Position numbers and translations under genes: made by a program. Of a DNA stretch of 64,000 bases, positions 29,000-38,100 are shown piece by piece. Numbering within the stretch: position 1 is the stretch's first letter; each line of letters starts with the position of its first letter. A model generated the notes under the pieces. The model searched no databases. It saw only the letters and a program-made list of their open reading frames with translations, and was not told the origin of the DNA. The stretch is from Actinomycetota bacterium (lineage in GTDB: Bacteria; Actinomycetota; Aquicultoria; SURF-47), in assembly GCA_003599235.1 (NCBI GenBank), contig QZJE01000007.1, positions 16,585-80,584 of the forward strand, given 5' to 3'.

Positions 29000-30460
29000 C
29001 TATGCCAGCTCGATAGCCTTTAGCAAGGCTTTGGCTTTGTTGATGGATTCTTTGTATTCGGCCTTGGGATCCGAATCATAAACTATCCCCGCGCCGGCTT
29101 GGATGTAGGCAGTGGAATCTTTAATCAATATAGTGCGAATAGCAATACAGGTATCTAAATCGCCTGAATAACTAAAATAGCCAATGGCTCCAGCATATGG
29201 TCCTCTTAGTGTTGGTTCCAGCTCATCTATTATTTCCATGGCCCTGATTTTAGGCGCTCCCGATACTGTGCCTGCCGGAAAAACGCTTCTTAGAGCATCA
29301 AAAGCATTCTTGTCCTTTTCAAGCTTGCCGACCACGTTACTAACCATATGCATAACATGGGAATACTTCTCGACAAACATAAAGTCGGTTACTTCAACAG
29401 TGCCTGGCTCTGATACTCTGCCTAAGTCATTTCTTCCTAAATCTACCAGCATCAGGTGCTCGGCTTTCTCTTTTTCATCATTTAGCAGCTCTATTTCAAA
29501 CTTCGCATCTTCTGCTGCGTCAATACCCCGCCTTCTGGTGCCGGCAATCGGACGTGTTACAACATCATAACCCTCAACCTTTACTAGAGGTTCAGGGGAT
29601 GAGCCTACTAATTTAAAACCATCGAACTTTAAGTAGTACATATATGGTGAGGGATTTAGGGTCCTAAGTACTCTGTACACATCAAAGGATGGAACCTCTA
29701 TCTTGGCTTCAAAGCGCTGCGAAAGAACCACTTGGATGATATCACCAGCTACAATATAGTCTTTGGCTTTTTCTACCATATCGATAAATTGCTGTTCAGA
29801 GAGGTTAGAGGAAATATTAACTTCTTTTTTATTGGAAAAATCTTTTATTTGAACAGAAGGGATGCTTCGGCTTAACTCACCGATTATTTTGTCTATTTTC
29901 TTAAGTGTCTGGTTGTATACTTCTTCTACGTCACCCTTAATGTGAGCATTAACCACCACTTTTATTTTGTGCTTTAGGTGATCGAAAACCAGAAGATTAT
30001 CGGTGAATACAAAGATAGTCTCCGGCACATCTAAGTCGGATTTGCCGCTTTTAGGAATATCCTCAAAATAACGGATATTATCATAGCCCAGATAACCAAC
30101 CGCTCCTCCTTGAAATGGCGGCAATCCCTCGATATGAGCCGGTTTGTAGGGAGATAAAAGCTCCTTTATGGTAACCAAAGGGTCAACTACATTATCAATA
30201 ACCTTATTAACCTGGCCTTTTACCTTAGCTTTTCTATTACCAATAGTTACCACCAGATAAGGATTATTGCCTAGAAAAGAATAACGGGCATACCTTTGAG
30301 CCCCCTCTACACTTTCTAATAAAAAGGAGTAATCGGATTCTCCTAATTTTAGAAAAGCAGATACCGGTGTTTCTAAATCTGCCACAATCTCCCGGTAGAC
30401 CGGTATTAGGTTATGTTCTTTGGCTAGCTTCTTAAAGTCCTTTAGTGTAGGTGAGTACAT
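29000..30460 (-). CDS. Chorismate-binding enzyme: anthranilate synthase component I (TrpE) or aminodeoxychorismate synthase (PabB) family
   Basis: 486 aa with PIAGTRRRG...LMLVDLGRNDLGRV...GAPKIRAMEIIDELE...GYFSYSGDLDTCIAIRT motifs typical of TrpE/PabB. No glutamine amidotransferase partner or other trp genes are adjacent. It lies at the 3' end of the his operon. Confidence 0.75.
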   Translation of the reverse strand: MYSPTLKDFKKLAKEHNLIPVYREIVADLETPVSAFLKLGESDYSFLLESVEGAQRYARYSFLGNNPYLVVTIGNRKAKVKGQVNKVIDNVVDPLVTIKELLSPYKPAHIEGLPPFQGGAVGYLGYDNIRYFEDIPKSGKSDLDVPETIFVFTDNLLVFDHLKHKIKVVVNAHIKGDVEEVYNQTLKKIDKIIGELSRSIPSVQIKDFSNKKEVNISSNLSEQQFIDMVEKAKDYIVAGDIIQVVLSQRFEAKIEVPSFDVYRVLRTLNPSPYMYYLKFDGFKLVGSSPEPLVKVEGYDVVTRPIAGTRRRGIDAAEDAKFEIELLNDEKEKAEHLMLVDLGRNDLGRVSEPGTVEVTDFMFVEKYSHVMHMVSNVVGKLEKDKNAFDALRSVFPAGTVSGAPKIRAMEIIDELEPTLRGPYAGAIGYFSYSGDLDTCIAIRTILIKDSTAYIQAGAGIVYDSDPKAEYKESINKAKALLKAIELA

Positions 30461-31104
30461 TATTTCCAGCGCCTTCGCAGTTCGTTTTCTACTTCATCGA
30501 AGCTGATATCTTTCTCTGCTAATAAAACCAGTAAGTGGTATAGCAGGTCAGCTACTTCCCAAATTACCTCTTTGTTTTCCTTAATCATAGCCGCTTCGAT
30601 GACCTCTTCTGATTCCTCATCAACTTTAGCCAATATCTTATCTAGGCCTTCTGCTAAAAGTTTGGCAGTATAAGATCCTTCCGGTTTATCCTTTTTGCGT
30701 TGCAGAATAACAGAATATAGCTGCTCAATTACACTGCCGTCGACAGCTGAAGTAAGCTCTGTAATTTCTTCAGAGCCAAGGACTCCTTTTTTTAGCTCCC
30801 GGTGAAAACAAGTTCTTTCTCCTGTATGGCAAGCTGGTCCTTTGGGCTTAGCCATAATTAACAATGTATCGTTATCGCAATCATACAAAATGTCTTTTAC
30901 CAACTGATAATTGCCAGAGGTCTCCCCTTTTAACCAGAGTTTCCCGCGACTTCTGCTAAAAAACCAAGCTTTGCCGCTCTCTAAGGTTTTTTCCAAGGCT
31001 TCTTTATTCATATAAGCCATCATCAGGACATCTTTAGTTTTATAATCCTGAACTATGGCCGGAATTAACCCATCTTTATCGAATTTTAGATTATTAATGC
31101 TCAT
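30460..31104 (-). CDS. hisI: Bifunctional phosphoribosyl-AMP cyclohydrolase / phosphoribosyl-ATP pyrophosphatase
   Basis: 214 aa. The N-terminal half is HisI (metal-binding CHTGERTCF region) and the C-terminal half is HisE (MazG-like). GGAG RBS upstream. Confidence 0.85.
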   Translation of the reverse strand: MSINNLKFDKDGLIPAIVQDYKTKDVLMMAYMNKEALEKTLESGKAWFFSRSRGKLWLKGETSGNYQLVKDILYDCDNDTLLIMAKPKGPACHTGERTCFHRELKKGVLGSEEITELTSAVDGSVIEQLYSVILQRKKDKPEGSYTAKLLAEGLDKILAKVDEESEEVIEAAMIKENKEVIWEVADLLYHLLVLLAEKDISFDEVENELRRRWK

Positions 31105-31114
31105 GTCAACTCCA

Positions 31115-31257
31115 AGTAATTGTTTGTGCTTTCAAAAACGTGTCGCAGGCCTAGCTAGCATGGTTTCCCGACTTGTCGGGAATAGCTGGCCGAGACTCGA
31201 GCAGCATTTTCTCGCCGGGAAAATGACTGCGTATTTTAGAAAGCACAAACAATTACT
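31115..31257 (-). ncRNA. GC-rich ~143-nt structured element between hisF and hisIE, closed by a perfect 19-bp inverted repeat (AGTAATTGTTTGTGCTTTC / GAAAGCACAAACAATTACT)
   Basis: The arms at 31115..31133 and 31239..31257 are exact reverse complements. The ~100-nt interior is ~60% GC (against ~38% around it) and has internal hairpins (TTCCCGAC-TTGT-GTCGGGAA, GCTGGCCGAG/CTCGAGCAGC). The right arm overlaps the hisF stop codon, and the left arm ends about 5 nt before the hisIE RBS. Confidence 0.4.
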
Positions 31258-32086
31258 ATAATCTAACTGCAATTCCCTTATCCCTCATTGCCTCTTTAAC
31301 CTGCCTAATCGATAGCTCTCCATAGTGAAACAAAGACGCTGCCAGTACCGCATCGGCATCTGATTCTTTTACTACTTCGCTAAAATGCTCTAGGGTTCCT
31401 GCTCCGCCGGATGCAATAACCGGCACATTAACCGCTCTAGTTACTTGCTTAGTTAATTCTAGCTCATAACCATCTTTAGTGCCGTCCCTATCCATGCTGG
31501 TTAGCAAAATCTCTCCGGCTCCAAAAGAAACTACCTTCTTTGCCCACTCAATGGCATCAAGACCCGTGGGTGTACGCCCACCGTTGATGTAGACCTGATA
31601 CCAGTCCTCGGGGTCCTGTCGCTGGGGAATCCCGCCGTGCTCAGCAAGCTTGCGACGCGGCGGGAGCCCTTCTTCGCGCCACCCCTCGGCCTTTGCATCT
31701 ATAGCCACCACAATGCACTGGCTACCAAACTTTCTGGCGCATTCTGTAATAATTGACGGGTCTTTAATGGCAGCTGTGTTGATGGCTACCTTATCACAGC
31801 CGGTTGCCAGCATCTTACGGACATCTTCAACTCCTCTTATTCCACCGCCTATTGTATATGGAATAAATACCTGTTCAGCTACCTTGCTAGCAACATCTAA
31901 CATGATATTGCGCTCCTCATGGGAGGCAGTAATGTCTAAAAAAACCAGCTCGTCAGCCCCTTCTTTGTCGTAGACAGAAGCAAGCTCTACCGGATCGCCG
32001 GCATCTCTGATATCAACAAAATTTATCCCTTTAACTACCCTGCCCTTATCAACATCAAGACAAGGAATAATACGCTTAGCTAGCAA
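31256..32086 (-). CDS. hisF: Imidazole glycerol phosphate synthase cyclase subunit
   Basis: 276 aa, (beta/alpha)8 HisF (IIPCLDV, ...SGGAG). It carries a ~20-aa GC-rich in-frame insertion ([30 protein letters not shown]) in the loop after AIDAK. Confidence 0.9.
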   Translation of the reverse strand: MLAKRIIPCLDVDKGRVVKGINFVDIRDAGDPVELASVYDKEGADELVFLDITASHEERNIMLDVASKVAEQVFIPYTIGGGIRGVEDVRKMLATGCDKVAINTAAIKDPSIITECARKFGSQCIVVAIDAKAEGWREEGLPPRRKLAEHGGIPQRQDPEDWYQVYINGGRTPTGLDAIEWAKKVVSFGAGEILLTSMDRDGTKDGYELELTKQVTRAVNVPVIASGGAGTLEHFSEVVKESDADAVLAASLFHYGELSIRQVKEAMRDKGIAVRL

Positions 32087-32801
32087 CTATTAATACATCT
32101 CCTAAATCTAGTTGTCCTTCATATAAAGCAGTCCCTATTATTGCCCCTTCTACTCCCAAGTACTCCAGCTTCCTAAGGTTTTTAATATCCTCAAGAGTAG
32201 TTATTCCTCCTGAAGCAATAATTGCCATATCTGTGACCTCTGTTACTTCTTGTAAAAGCGCAAGATTGGGACCCTTTTGCATGCCATCAGTTAAAATATC
32301 AGTTAGAACCAGCCTTTTTATCCCTTGGCTATTAAGTGACTTTACCAAATCAATTGTCTTTACCTCGGTTACACTTTGCCAGCCATCGACGGCAATTAAG
32401 CCGTTATTGCTATCAATGCTAGCAACAAGCTTTTCAGCACCAAAATACCTACGGACCTCTGATAATAAATCCCTGTTACGCACTATGCTAGTACCAAGAA
32501 TCACTCTTTGAACCCCTATTGAGAGGGCTTGCTCAATATATTTCATATTCCGCATTCCCCCGCCAAGCTGGATGGGAATATCTACAGCTTTAATAATATC
32601 TTCAGCTGAATCCAGATTAGCAGGCTTGCCATCCTTGGCCCCCTCTAAATCCACAACGTGCAGATATTTGGCGCCTTTAGACTGCCATTTAAGAGCCATT
32701 TTAACCGGATCCTCCCCATAGACCTTTTTCCGGTCATACTCCCCTTGTTTTAAGCGCACGCACTTGCCCTCTATTAAATCGATTGCCGGAAAGATAATCA
32801 T
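32076..32801 (-). CDS. hisA: ProFAR isomerase (1-(5-phosphoribosyl)-5-[(5-phosphoribosylamino)methylideneamino]imidazole-4-carboxamide isomerase)
   Basis: 241 aa, HisA TIM barrel (IIFPAIDL, ...ASGGI). Confidence 0.85.
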   Translation of the reverse strand: MIIFPAIDLIEGKCVRLKQGEYDRKKVYGEDPVKMALKWQSKGAKYLHVVDLEGAKDGKPANLDSAEDIIKAVDIPIQLGGGMRNMKYIEQALSIGVQRVILGTSIVRNRDLLSEVRRYFGAEKLVASIDSNNGLIAVDGWQSVTEVKTIDLVKSLNSQGIKRLVLTDILTDGMQKGPNLALLQEVTEVTDMAIIASGGITTLEDIKNLRKLEYLGVEGAIIGTALYEGQLDLGDVLIVAS

Positions 32802-33400
32802 TTAATAATCTCCAAAAAATTACCAAGTATCTTAAGACCAATTTTTCCACTTTTTTCGGGATGGAACTGTACTCCATAAATATTTTCTTTACAAATAAAA
32901 GAGGTAAAATCTGTTCCATAGTCCGTCGTGGCTACAACAACATCTTCCTTTGAGGTTGCATGGTAGGAATGTACAAAGTATACGTTTGGATTACCGGCTA
33001 TGCCTTTAAGTAAAGGATTTTCTTGTTTGACATCAAGCTGGTTCCAGCCGATATGAGGCACCTTAACCTCATCTGGCAAACGGACAATCTCGCCTTTAAT
33101 TAGCCCCAAACCGGCATTTTCCCCACCTTCATAGCTTTTTTCAAACAATACCTGAAGTCCCAGACAAATGCCTAGATAGGGTTTTCCTTGTTCTATTAAA
33201 CCCGCAACTGCTTTATCAAGCCCAGTAGAGATTAACCTGTCCATGCAATCGGCAAAAGCCCCCACGCCAGGCAAAACCACGGCATCGCTATTTAAGATAT
33301 CACCTGGATTAGAGGTAACTTTAACCTGGGCCCCTAAATACTCAAAAGCCTTCTCCACACTTCTTAAGTTTCCCATTCCATAATCAACTATTGCTATCAA
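32798..33400 (-). CDS. hisH: Imidazole glycerol phosphate synthase glutamine amidotransferase subunit
   Basis: 200 aa, class I GATase with the catalytic Cys in GICLGLQ and a His/Glu pair near the C-terminus. Confidence 0.85.
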   Translation of the reverse strand: MIAIVDYGMGNLRSVEKAFEYLGAQVKVTSNPGDILNSDAVVLPGVGAFADCMDRLISTGLDKAVAGLIEQGKPYLGICLGLQVLFEKSYEGGENAGLGLIKGEIVRLPDEVKVPHIGWNQLDVKQENPLLKGIAGNPNVYFVHSYHATSKEDVVVATTDYGTDFTSFICKENIYGVQFHPEKSGKIGLKILGNFLEIIK

Positions 33401-33437
33401 TCAATTCACCCTTAATTGCGATACAGGCCAACCTCTG

Positions 33438-34031
33438 CTATCCATCCATGCTTCCTTTTGTCGAAGGCACTCCTTCTATTCTCTCATCAATTTGAGTAGC
33501 CATATCCATAGCCCGTGCCATTGCTTTAAAAATAGCCTCGATCATGTGATGAGTATCTTTGCCTGATAAGAGCCTGACATGCAAGGTCATGGCAGCATGA
33601 TTAACAAAAGCATGCAAAAACTCCGTAACTAATGAAGTATCAAACCCACCGATATTTTCTTTAGGAAGCGGCGCCTCGAATACAAGATGTGAACGGCCCG
33701 CTAAATCCAAGGCTACCATAGCCAAAGATTCATCCATTGGAAGCAAGCTATAACCATATCTCTTTATCTGCTTTTTTTCTCCTAGCGCCCGCCTGAAAGC
33801 TTGCCCTAAGCTGATGCCGACATCTTCTACCGTGTGGTGGCCTCCGACATCTAAGTCCCCTTTAGCTGAAATAGTTAAGTCGAACAATCCATGTTTAGCA
33901 AATAGCTCCAGCATGTGATTAAGAAATGGAATGCGTGTCTCTATCTTGTATTTAGCACTTCCGTCAATGTTTAATTCAACATTAATTTGCGTCTCCATGG
34001 TTTCTCTCTTAATTGTTGCTTGCCTTGCCAT
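33438..34031 (-). CDS. hisB: Imidazoleglycerol-phosphate dehydratase
   Basis: 197 aa with IGPD signature motifs (GHHTVEDVGISLGQAF, HHMIEAIFKAMARA). Confidence 0.85.
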   Translation of the reverse strand: MARQATIKRETMETQINVELNIDGSAKYKIETRIPFLNHMLELFAKHGLFDLTISAKGDLDVGGHHTVEDVGISLGQAFRRALGEKKQIKRYGYSLLPMDESLAMVALDLAGRSHLVFEAPLPKENIGGFDTSLVTEFLHAFVNHAAMTLHVRLLSGKDTHHMIEAIFKAMARAMDMATQIDERIEGVPSTKGSMDG

Positions 34032-34989
34032 TTTCTCCTCCTAAAAATGAAAGTATTTTATTAATGTCATCACTTACTATATCTGCTAATTGCAAAAAAC
34101 GTTCTGTGTCTTTATTTACCGCTGCCGAGATAAAGCTATTTTTACCTGTTTCTTTGTTGTAATTAGCTACCGTTTTAGCATCATCTACAGTGTCCCCGAT
34201 ATATACTCCTCTTGATAACCCCATTCTAGCACTTAGTTTAATTAGAGAATCAGGATGCGGTTTCACCATACTGTTGCCATCATCATAGACTATAAAGTCG
34301 TCATCTATTTGATTAATAATAGTTATTTTTTCTACAGCTATTTGCACTTCTTCTTTTGTGCGGCCGGTTAAAATGCCTACTTTGGGCCAAAAAGGACTCA
34401 GTAATTCCTTGTCTATCAATATTTCCTCTTTGTTAATCAAGCCTTTTTCTTTAATATATCTAGGGTCAAATCCATATAACCGGCGGCAATAATCAACTCC
34501 TCCAAAAAGCTCTTGGAATATTTGCTTGATTAGAGCTGTATTCCACAAAGATAGAACCTGCTGCTTGTCTTTTTTACTTAAGTTATCTAATAAGCTCTTT
34601 TTAGCTCCTTTAAGACCGCCTCCTGGCGCTAAACTTCTAACCCAGTCTTGCAAAAATGGCGCCTGCCTTCTTAGGATACCAACGTTCTTTTCATCAAACT
34701 TAAGAGTCTTAACCAGGTAAAATAAGCAAACGGCAAAAGTTAAATCCCAATCGTTATTAAAGCCTCCGGCATTTTTAAAAAGAGTAGTCTCTTGTGGCTC
34801 TATTAACTTAGCTTGGCCTTGATATTTTAGTATTTGGTGAAAGTAGTATTGAGTTGTCTGGCTGATGCACTGGCGAAACGATTCAGAGACTTCTAAAACT
34901 ACCCCGTCGATGTCTAAAACAAGACCGTCAACATCTATATTAAGCCCTTTTTTAATCCACACTCCGTTTTGTTGAATAAAATTGTTCAT
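34009..34989 (-). CDS. HAD-superfamily hydrolase with large cap domain (candidate histidinol-phosphate phosphatase)
   Basis: 326 aa with HAD motif I LVLDIDGVVLEV, motif II TGR, motif III K...HPD and motif IV GDTVDD. It is embedded between hisD and hisB with overlapping ends. Confidence 0.6.
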   Translation of the reverse strand: MNNFIQQNGVWIKKGLNIDVDGLVLDIDGVVLEVSESFRQCISQTTQYYFHQILKYQGQAKLIEPQETTLFKNAGGFNNDWDLTFAVCLFYLVKTLKFDEKNVGILRRQAPFLQDWVRSLAPGGGLKGAKKSLLDNLSKKDKQQVLSLWNTALIKQIFQELFGGVDYCRRLYGFDPRYIKEKGLINKEEILIDKELLSPFWPKVGILTGRTKEEVQIAVEKITIINQIDDDFIVYDDGNSMVKPHPDSLIKLSARMGLSRGVYIGDTVDDAKTVANYNKETGKNSFISAAVNKDTERFLQLADIVSDDINKILSFLGGENGKASNN

Positions 34990-34998
34990 GTTGCTCCA

Positions 34999-36303
34999 TC
35001 AAAATCGCCGAGGGGGTACTTCCTCTCTTACTGCAATTGATCTGCTATGAGCATCTAGGCCTTCTGCTTCTGCTATTGTTTTGGCGCTTTTAGCCATATC
35101 CATAAAACCTTCTTTAGATATCCACAAGAAGGAAGGCTTTTTTATAAAACACTCAACTGATAAAGCCGAGTAAAAACGAGCGGTGCCCATCGTCGGCAAC
35201 ACGTGATTAGGGCCGGCAATATAGTCGCCTAAAGCCTCTACGCTAAAGTCGCCAACAAAAATCGCCCCTGCATTTTGCACTTGATTAATATAGTTAGTAG
35301 CCTTCTCTACCATTATCTCTAAGTGCTCTGGGGCAATAATGTTAGCAACTTCCACCGCTTTATCGAGTCCATCAACTAAAAAGATGCGTCCTCGTTGTCT
35401 AATGGAATCGCTAGCGATCTTACTTCGCAATATCTGTTTTAGCTGGTCATCGAGTTCTTTTTTTACTTTTTCGGCAATGTCGTTTGAATCAGTTATTAGT
35501 ATAGCTGTAGCGTCTTGTGCATGTTCTGCTTGGGCCAGCATGTCAGAGGCAACATAGACCGGATTAGCCGATGAATCAGCAATGATTACTATCTCGCTAG
35601 GCCCAGCTATCATATCAATGTCAACTTGGCCTATAACCTCTTTCTTTGCTGCCGTTACATAGATATTCCCGGGGCCTACTATCTTATCTACCTTTTTTAT
35701 ACTCCTTGTGCCATAGGCCATAGCAGCTATGGCAGATGCCCCACCGATCTTGTAGATCTCCTTAATGCCGCAAACATCCGCTGCTACAAGGGTTTTAGGA
35801 TTTATCTGGCCTTCTAAATCCGGCGGTGAACAAAGAGCAATTTCTGCCACTTTTGCAACTATTGCAGGAATTGCCCCCATTAGAACCGATGACGGATAGC
35901 TAGCCTGGCCTCCGGGAGCATAAACCCCAGCTCTCTTAAGGGGGCGGATAAGCTGCCCTAATGTTGATCCCTTGTCCTTGATAAACCATTCTTTGGGTAA
36001 CTGATTTTCATGAAAGGCAAAAATCCGCCCGTAAGCATCTTTAATAGCAGCTATATAATCCAAACTGACTTTCTTTTTTGCATCTTTAATTTCTTCTTGG
36101 CTTACTCTTAGTTCATCTACACTAAACTCGTGCCCCTCTATTTCTTTGATAAGCCTAAGAATGGCCTCGTCACCATCGGCTTTTACTTCCTCAACTATTT
36201 TTTTGGCTACCTCTGTTTCAGAAGCGTCTTCAATGTTTATCCTGGTAAAATTAGCCAACACATCTTTTTCTTTAATTAGCCCCGATAAACGCACGGTTTT
36301 CAT
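34999..36303 (-). CDS. hisD: Histidinol dehydrogenase
   Basis: 434 aa, HisD family (Zn/NAD-binding motifs, AQAEHAQDA region). Confidence 0.9.
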   Translation of the reverse strand: MKTVRLSGLIKEKDVLANFTRINIEDASETEVAKKIVEEVKADGDEAILRLIKEIEGHEFSVDELRVSQEEIKDAKKKVSLDYIAAIKDAYGRIFAFHENQLPKEWFIKDKGSTLGQLIRPLKRAGVYAPGGQASYPSSVLMGAIPAIVAKVAEIALCSPPDLEGQINPKTLVAADVCGIKEIYKIGGASAIAAMAYGTRSIKKVDKIVGPGNIYVTAAKKEVIGQVDIDMIAGPSEIVIIADSSANPVYVASDMLAQAEHAQDATAILITDSNDIAEKVKKELDDQLKQILRSKIASDSIRQRGRIFLVDGLDKAVEVANIIAPEHLEIMVEKATNYINQVQNAGAIFVGDFSVEALGDYIAGPNHVLPTMGTARFYSALSVECFIKKPSFLWISKEGFMDMAKSAKTIAEAEGLDAHSRSIAVREEVPPRRF

Positions 36304-36926
36304 ATTTTTAGCCTTTTAATAAACTTTTCAATTTCTTCTGCTTTTAGCTTGTTGCTGACATAATTAGCAATTAAACGGGCGCTGCATTCATATGACTTGT
36401 CAAGTACAACCAGATTATTCTCCTTTAGGGTTTTACCGGTGCTGCTTAAGTCATATATTTGGTCAGCCAAGCCCACTATGGGAGCAAGCTCTATTGAGCC
36501 TCTTAGCTTGATAATCTCAGCTTGTAATCCTTTTGCAGAAAAATACATAGAAGTAATACTTGGATATTTTGTAGCTACTCGATATTGACCCAATTGGTCG
36601 TAGCTTTTCTTTGTATTCTCAACTGATTTAGACAAGCCAGCTAATATAAATTGACACCAACCAAACCCCAAATCTGCTAATTCAAAAACCTCTCGGCTTT
36701 CTTCCATTAAGGCATCTTTGCCAGCTATCCCTAAGTCTGCTGCTCCGTATTCTACATAAGTGGCAACATCACTCGGGCGTGCTAGAATAAAACTTAATGT
36801 CCCACTCTTCAGGTAAAGACGGCGGCTTTCTTCTTCTAGAGCGCTAACATCAAACTCACTCTTTTTTAAAAGCTCTATGGTTGGTTTTAATAAAACACCT
36901 TTTGAGAGGGCAATTTTTAGGCTCAC
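36300..36926 (-). CDS. hisG: ATP phosphoribosyltransferase, short form
   Basis: 208 aa, HisG short form (needs HisZ). GAADLGIAGKD motif. Confidence 0.85.
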   Translation of the reverse strand: MSLKIALSKGVLLKPTIELLKKSEFDVSALEEESRRLYLKSGTLSFILARPSDVATYVEYGAADLGIAGKDALMEESREVFELADLGFGWCQFILAGLSKSVENTKKSYDQLGQYRVATKYPSITSMYFSAKGLQAEIIKLRGSIELAPIVGLADQIYDLSSTGKTLKENNLVVLDKSYECSARLIANYVSNKLKAEEIEKFIKRLKI

Positions 36927-37993
36927 TTTGCCCTCCTTAGTTTTAAAATGTCCTCGAGAAGCGCTTTGCTGGACATGCCAACCCTGACACTTGATTTGTC
37001 TTTGGTTGATATTTTTACTTTTTGCCCGGCTAGAGCAATATGGAGACGCTCAAGCCCGATAGCAAAACCAGCTGAAGGCATATCTACTCCAAAAGTCTTT
37101 AGTAAGCCATCATAGCGGCCTCCTCCGGCAATAGGCAGCCCCACCTGCGGAGAATATGCCTCAAAAACCACACCCGTGTAGTAATCGAAATCACGCACTA
37201 TTGATAAATCAAAAACCACATTTTCTAAATAACCATAAGATTGTATTAATGATTTTATTTTTATTAAGTTATTTAAAGCAGCCTGACTTTTTATGTTTCC
37301 TGCTAGCTCTTTGGCTTGTGTTAAGACATATTTTCCGTTAAGAGTGATTGCTTTTAACAAAGCATCTTTTGACTTTTTGGAAGCCTTCATTCTTTTAAGA
37401 AAAACCGATAAGCCGACCAAGTTTTTCCTGGCAATCAGTTTTCTTATCTCTTTGGCTACTTCTACATCTTTGGTTAATTGCTCAATTAATCCGTTAACAA
37501 AATCTATTTGACCAATGCCTACCCTAAAATCCCTAAGACCAACTTTTTTTAAAGTTTCGATCAAAATGATAATTGTTTCTGCATCACTAAAACCTGAACT
37601 GCTGCCAATTAATTCTATTCCAGCTTGTAAGAATTGGCGTTGCTGGCCCTGACGAGGCTTTTCTTGCCTAAAAACATCGGCGACATACGATAGGCGAATC
37701 GGTGTGGGCCCTTGAGAATATCTTTGAGCTACCAGGCGAGCAATCGGTGTTGTCATCTCCGGCCTAAGTGCTAACAATGCCCCATCGCTATCAAAAAACT
37801 TGAAAACCTCACCCGTTATAAAATCCCCTGTTTGGGCCGTCAGTAAGTCGTAGTATTCAAAGGCCGGAGTCTTGATACTTAAGTAACCCCATGACTTAAA
37901 AGCCTTTTTGGTTATCTCTTTAATTTTACTTAGCTCGCGTTCCTCCTTGGGCAATATATCTTTTAGCCCCGAGGGAACTGTTGGTTGCTTCAT
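36923..37993 (-). CDS. hisZ: ATP phosphoribosyltransferase regulatory subunit (HisS paralogue)
   Basis: 356-aa class II aaRS-like core without the anticodon-binding domain. It overlaps hisG, consistent with the short-form HisG arrangement. Confidence 0.7.
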   Translation of the reverse strand: MKQPTVPSGLKDILPKEERELSKIKEITKKAFKSWGYLSIKTPAFEYYDLLTAQTGDFITGEVFKFFDSDGALLALRPEMTTPIARLVAQRYSQGPTPIRLSYVADVFRQEKPRQGQQRQFLQAGIELIGSSSGFSDAETIIILIETLKKVGLRDFRVGIGQIDFVNGLIEQLTKDVEVAKEIRKLIARKNLVGLSVFLKRMKASKKSKDALLKAITLNGKYVLTQAKELAGNIKSQAALNNLIKIKSLIQSYGYLENVVFDLSIVRDFDYYTGVVFEAYSPQVGLPIAGGGRYDGLLKTFGVDMPSAGFAIGLERLHIALAGQKVKISTKDKSSVRVGMSSKALLEDILKLRRAK

Positions 37994-38009
37994 TTGGTCT
38001 CCATGTACG

Positions 38010-38027
38010 GGCGTATTGCAATACGCC
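38010..38027 (-). promoter_or_regulatory. Perfect 18-bp palindrome GGCGTATTGCAATACGCC immediately upstream of the hisZ RBS (candidate operator or translational-control hairpin of the his operon)
   Basis: Exact palindrome 16 nt upstream of the hisZ ATG and 7 nt upstream of the GGAGACC RBS. It sits in the only sizeable intergenic region (107 nt) before the his operon. Confidence 0.35.
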
Positions 38028-38100
38028 TCTTCTGTTACTTAACATATCGGCATAATTACTTTAATACTTTAATTCATTAAACTACTAAAGCATACGGATG

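Noticed and set aside
29184-29570. 128-aa plus-strand ORF
   Set aside because: Antisense to the TrpE-like gene; shadow ORF.
31055-31261. 68-aa plus-strand ORF spanning the hisF-hisIE spacer
   Set aside because: It coincides with the GC-rich inverted-repeat element. Its open frame is explained by GC-rich low-stop sequence, and it has no RBS.
37994-38100. T-box or histidine attenuator leader before the his operon
   Set aside because: The 107-nt spacer is too short for a T-box. No His-codon-rich leader peptide is visible. Only the 18-bp palindrome stands out.
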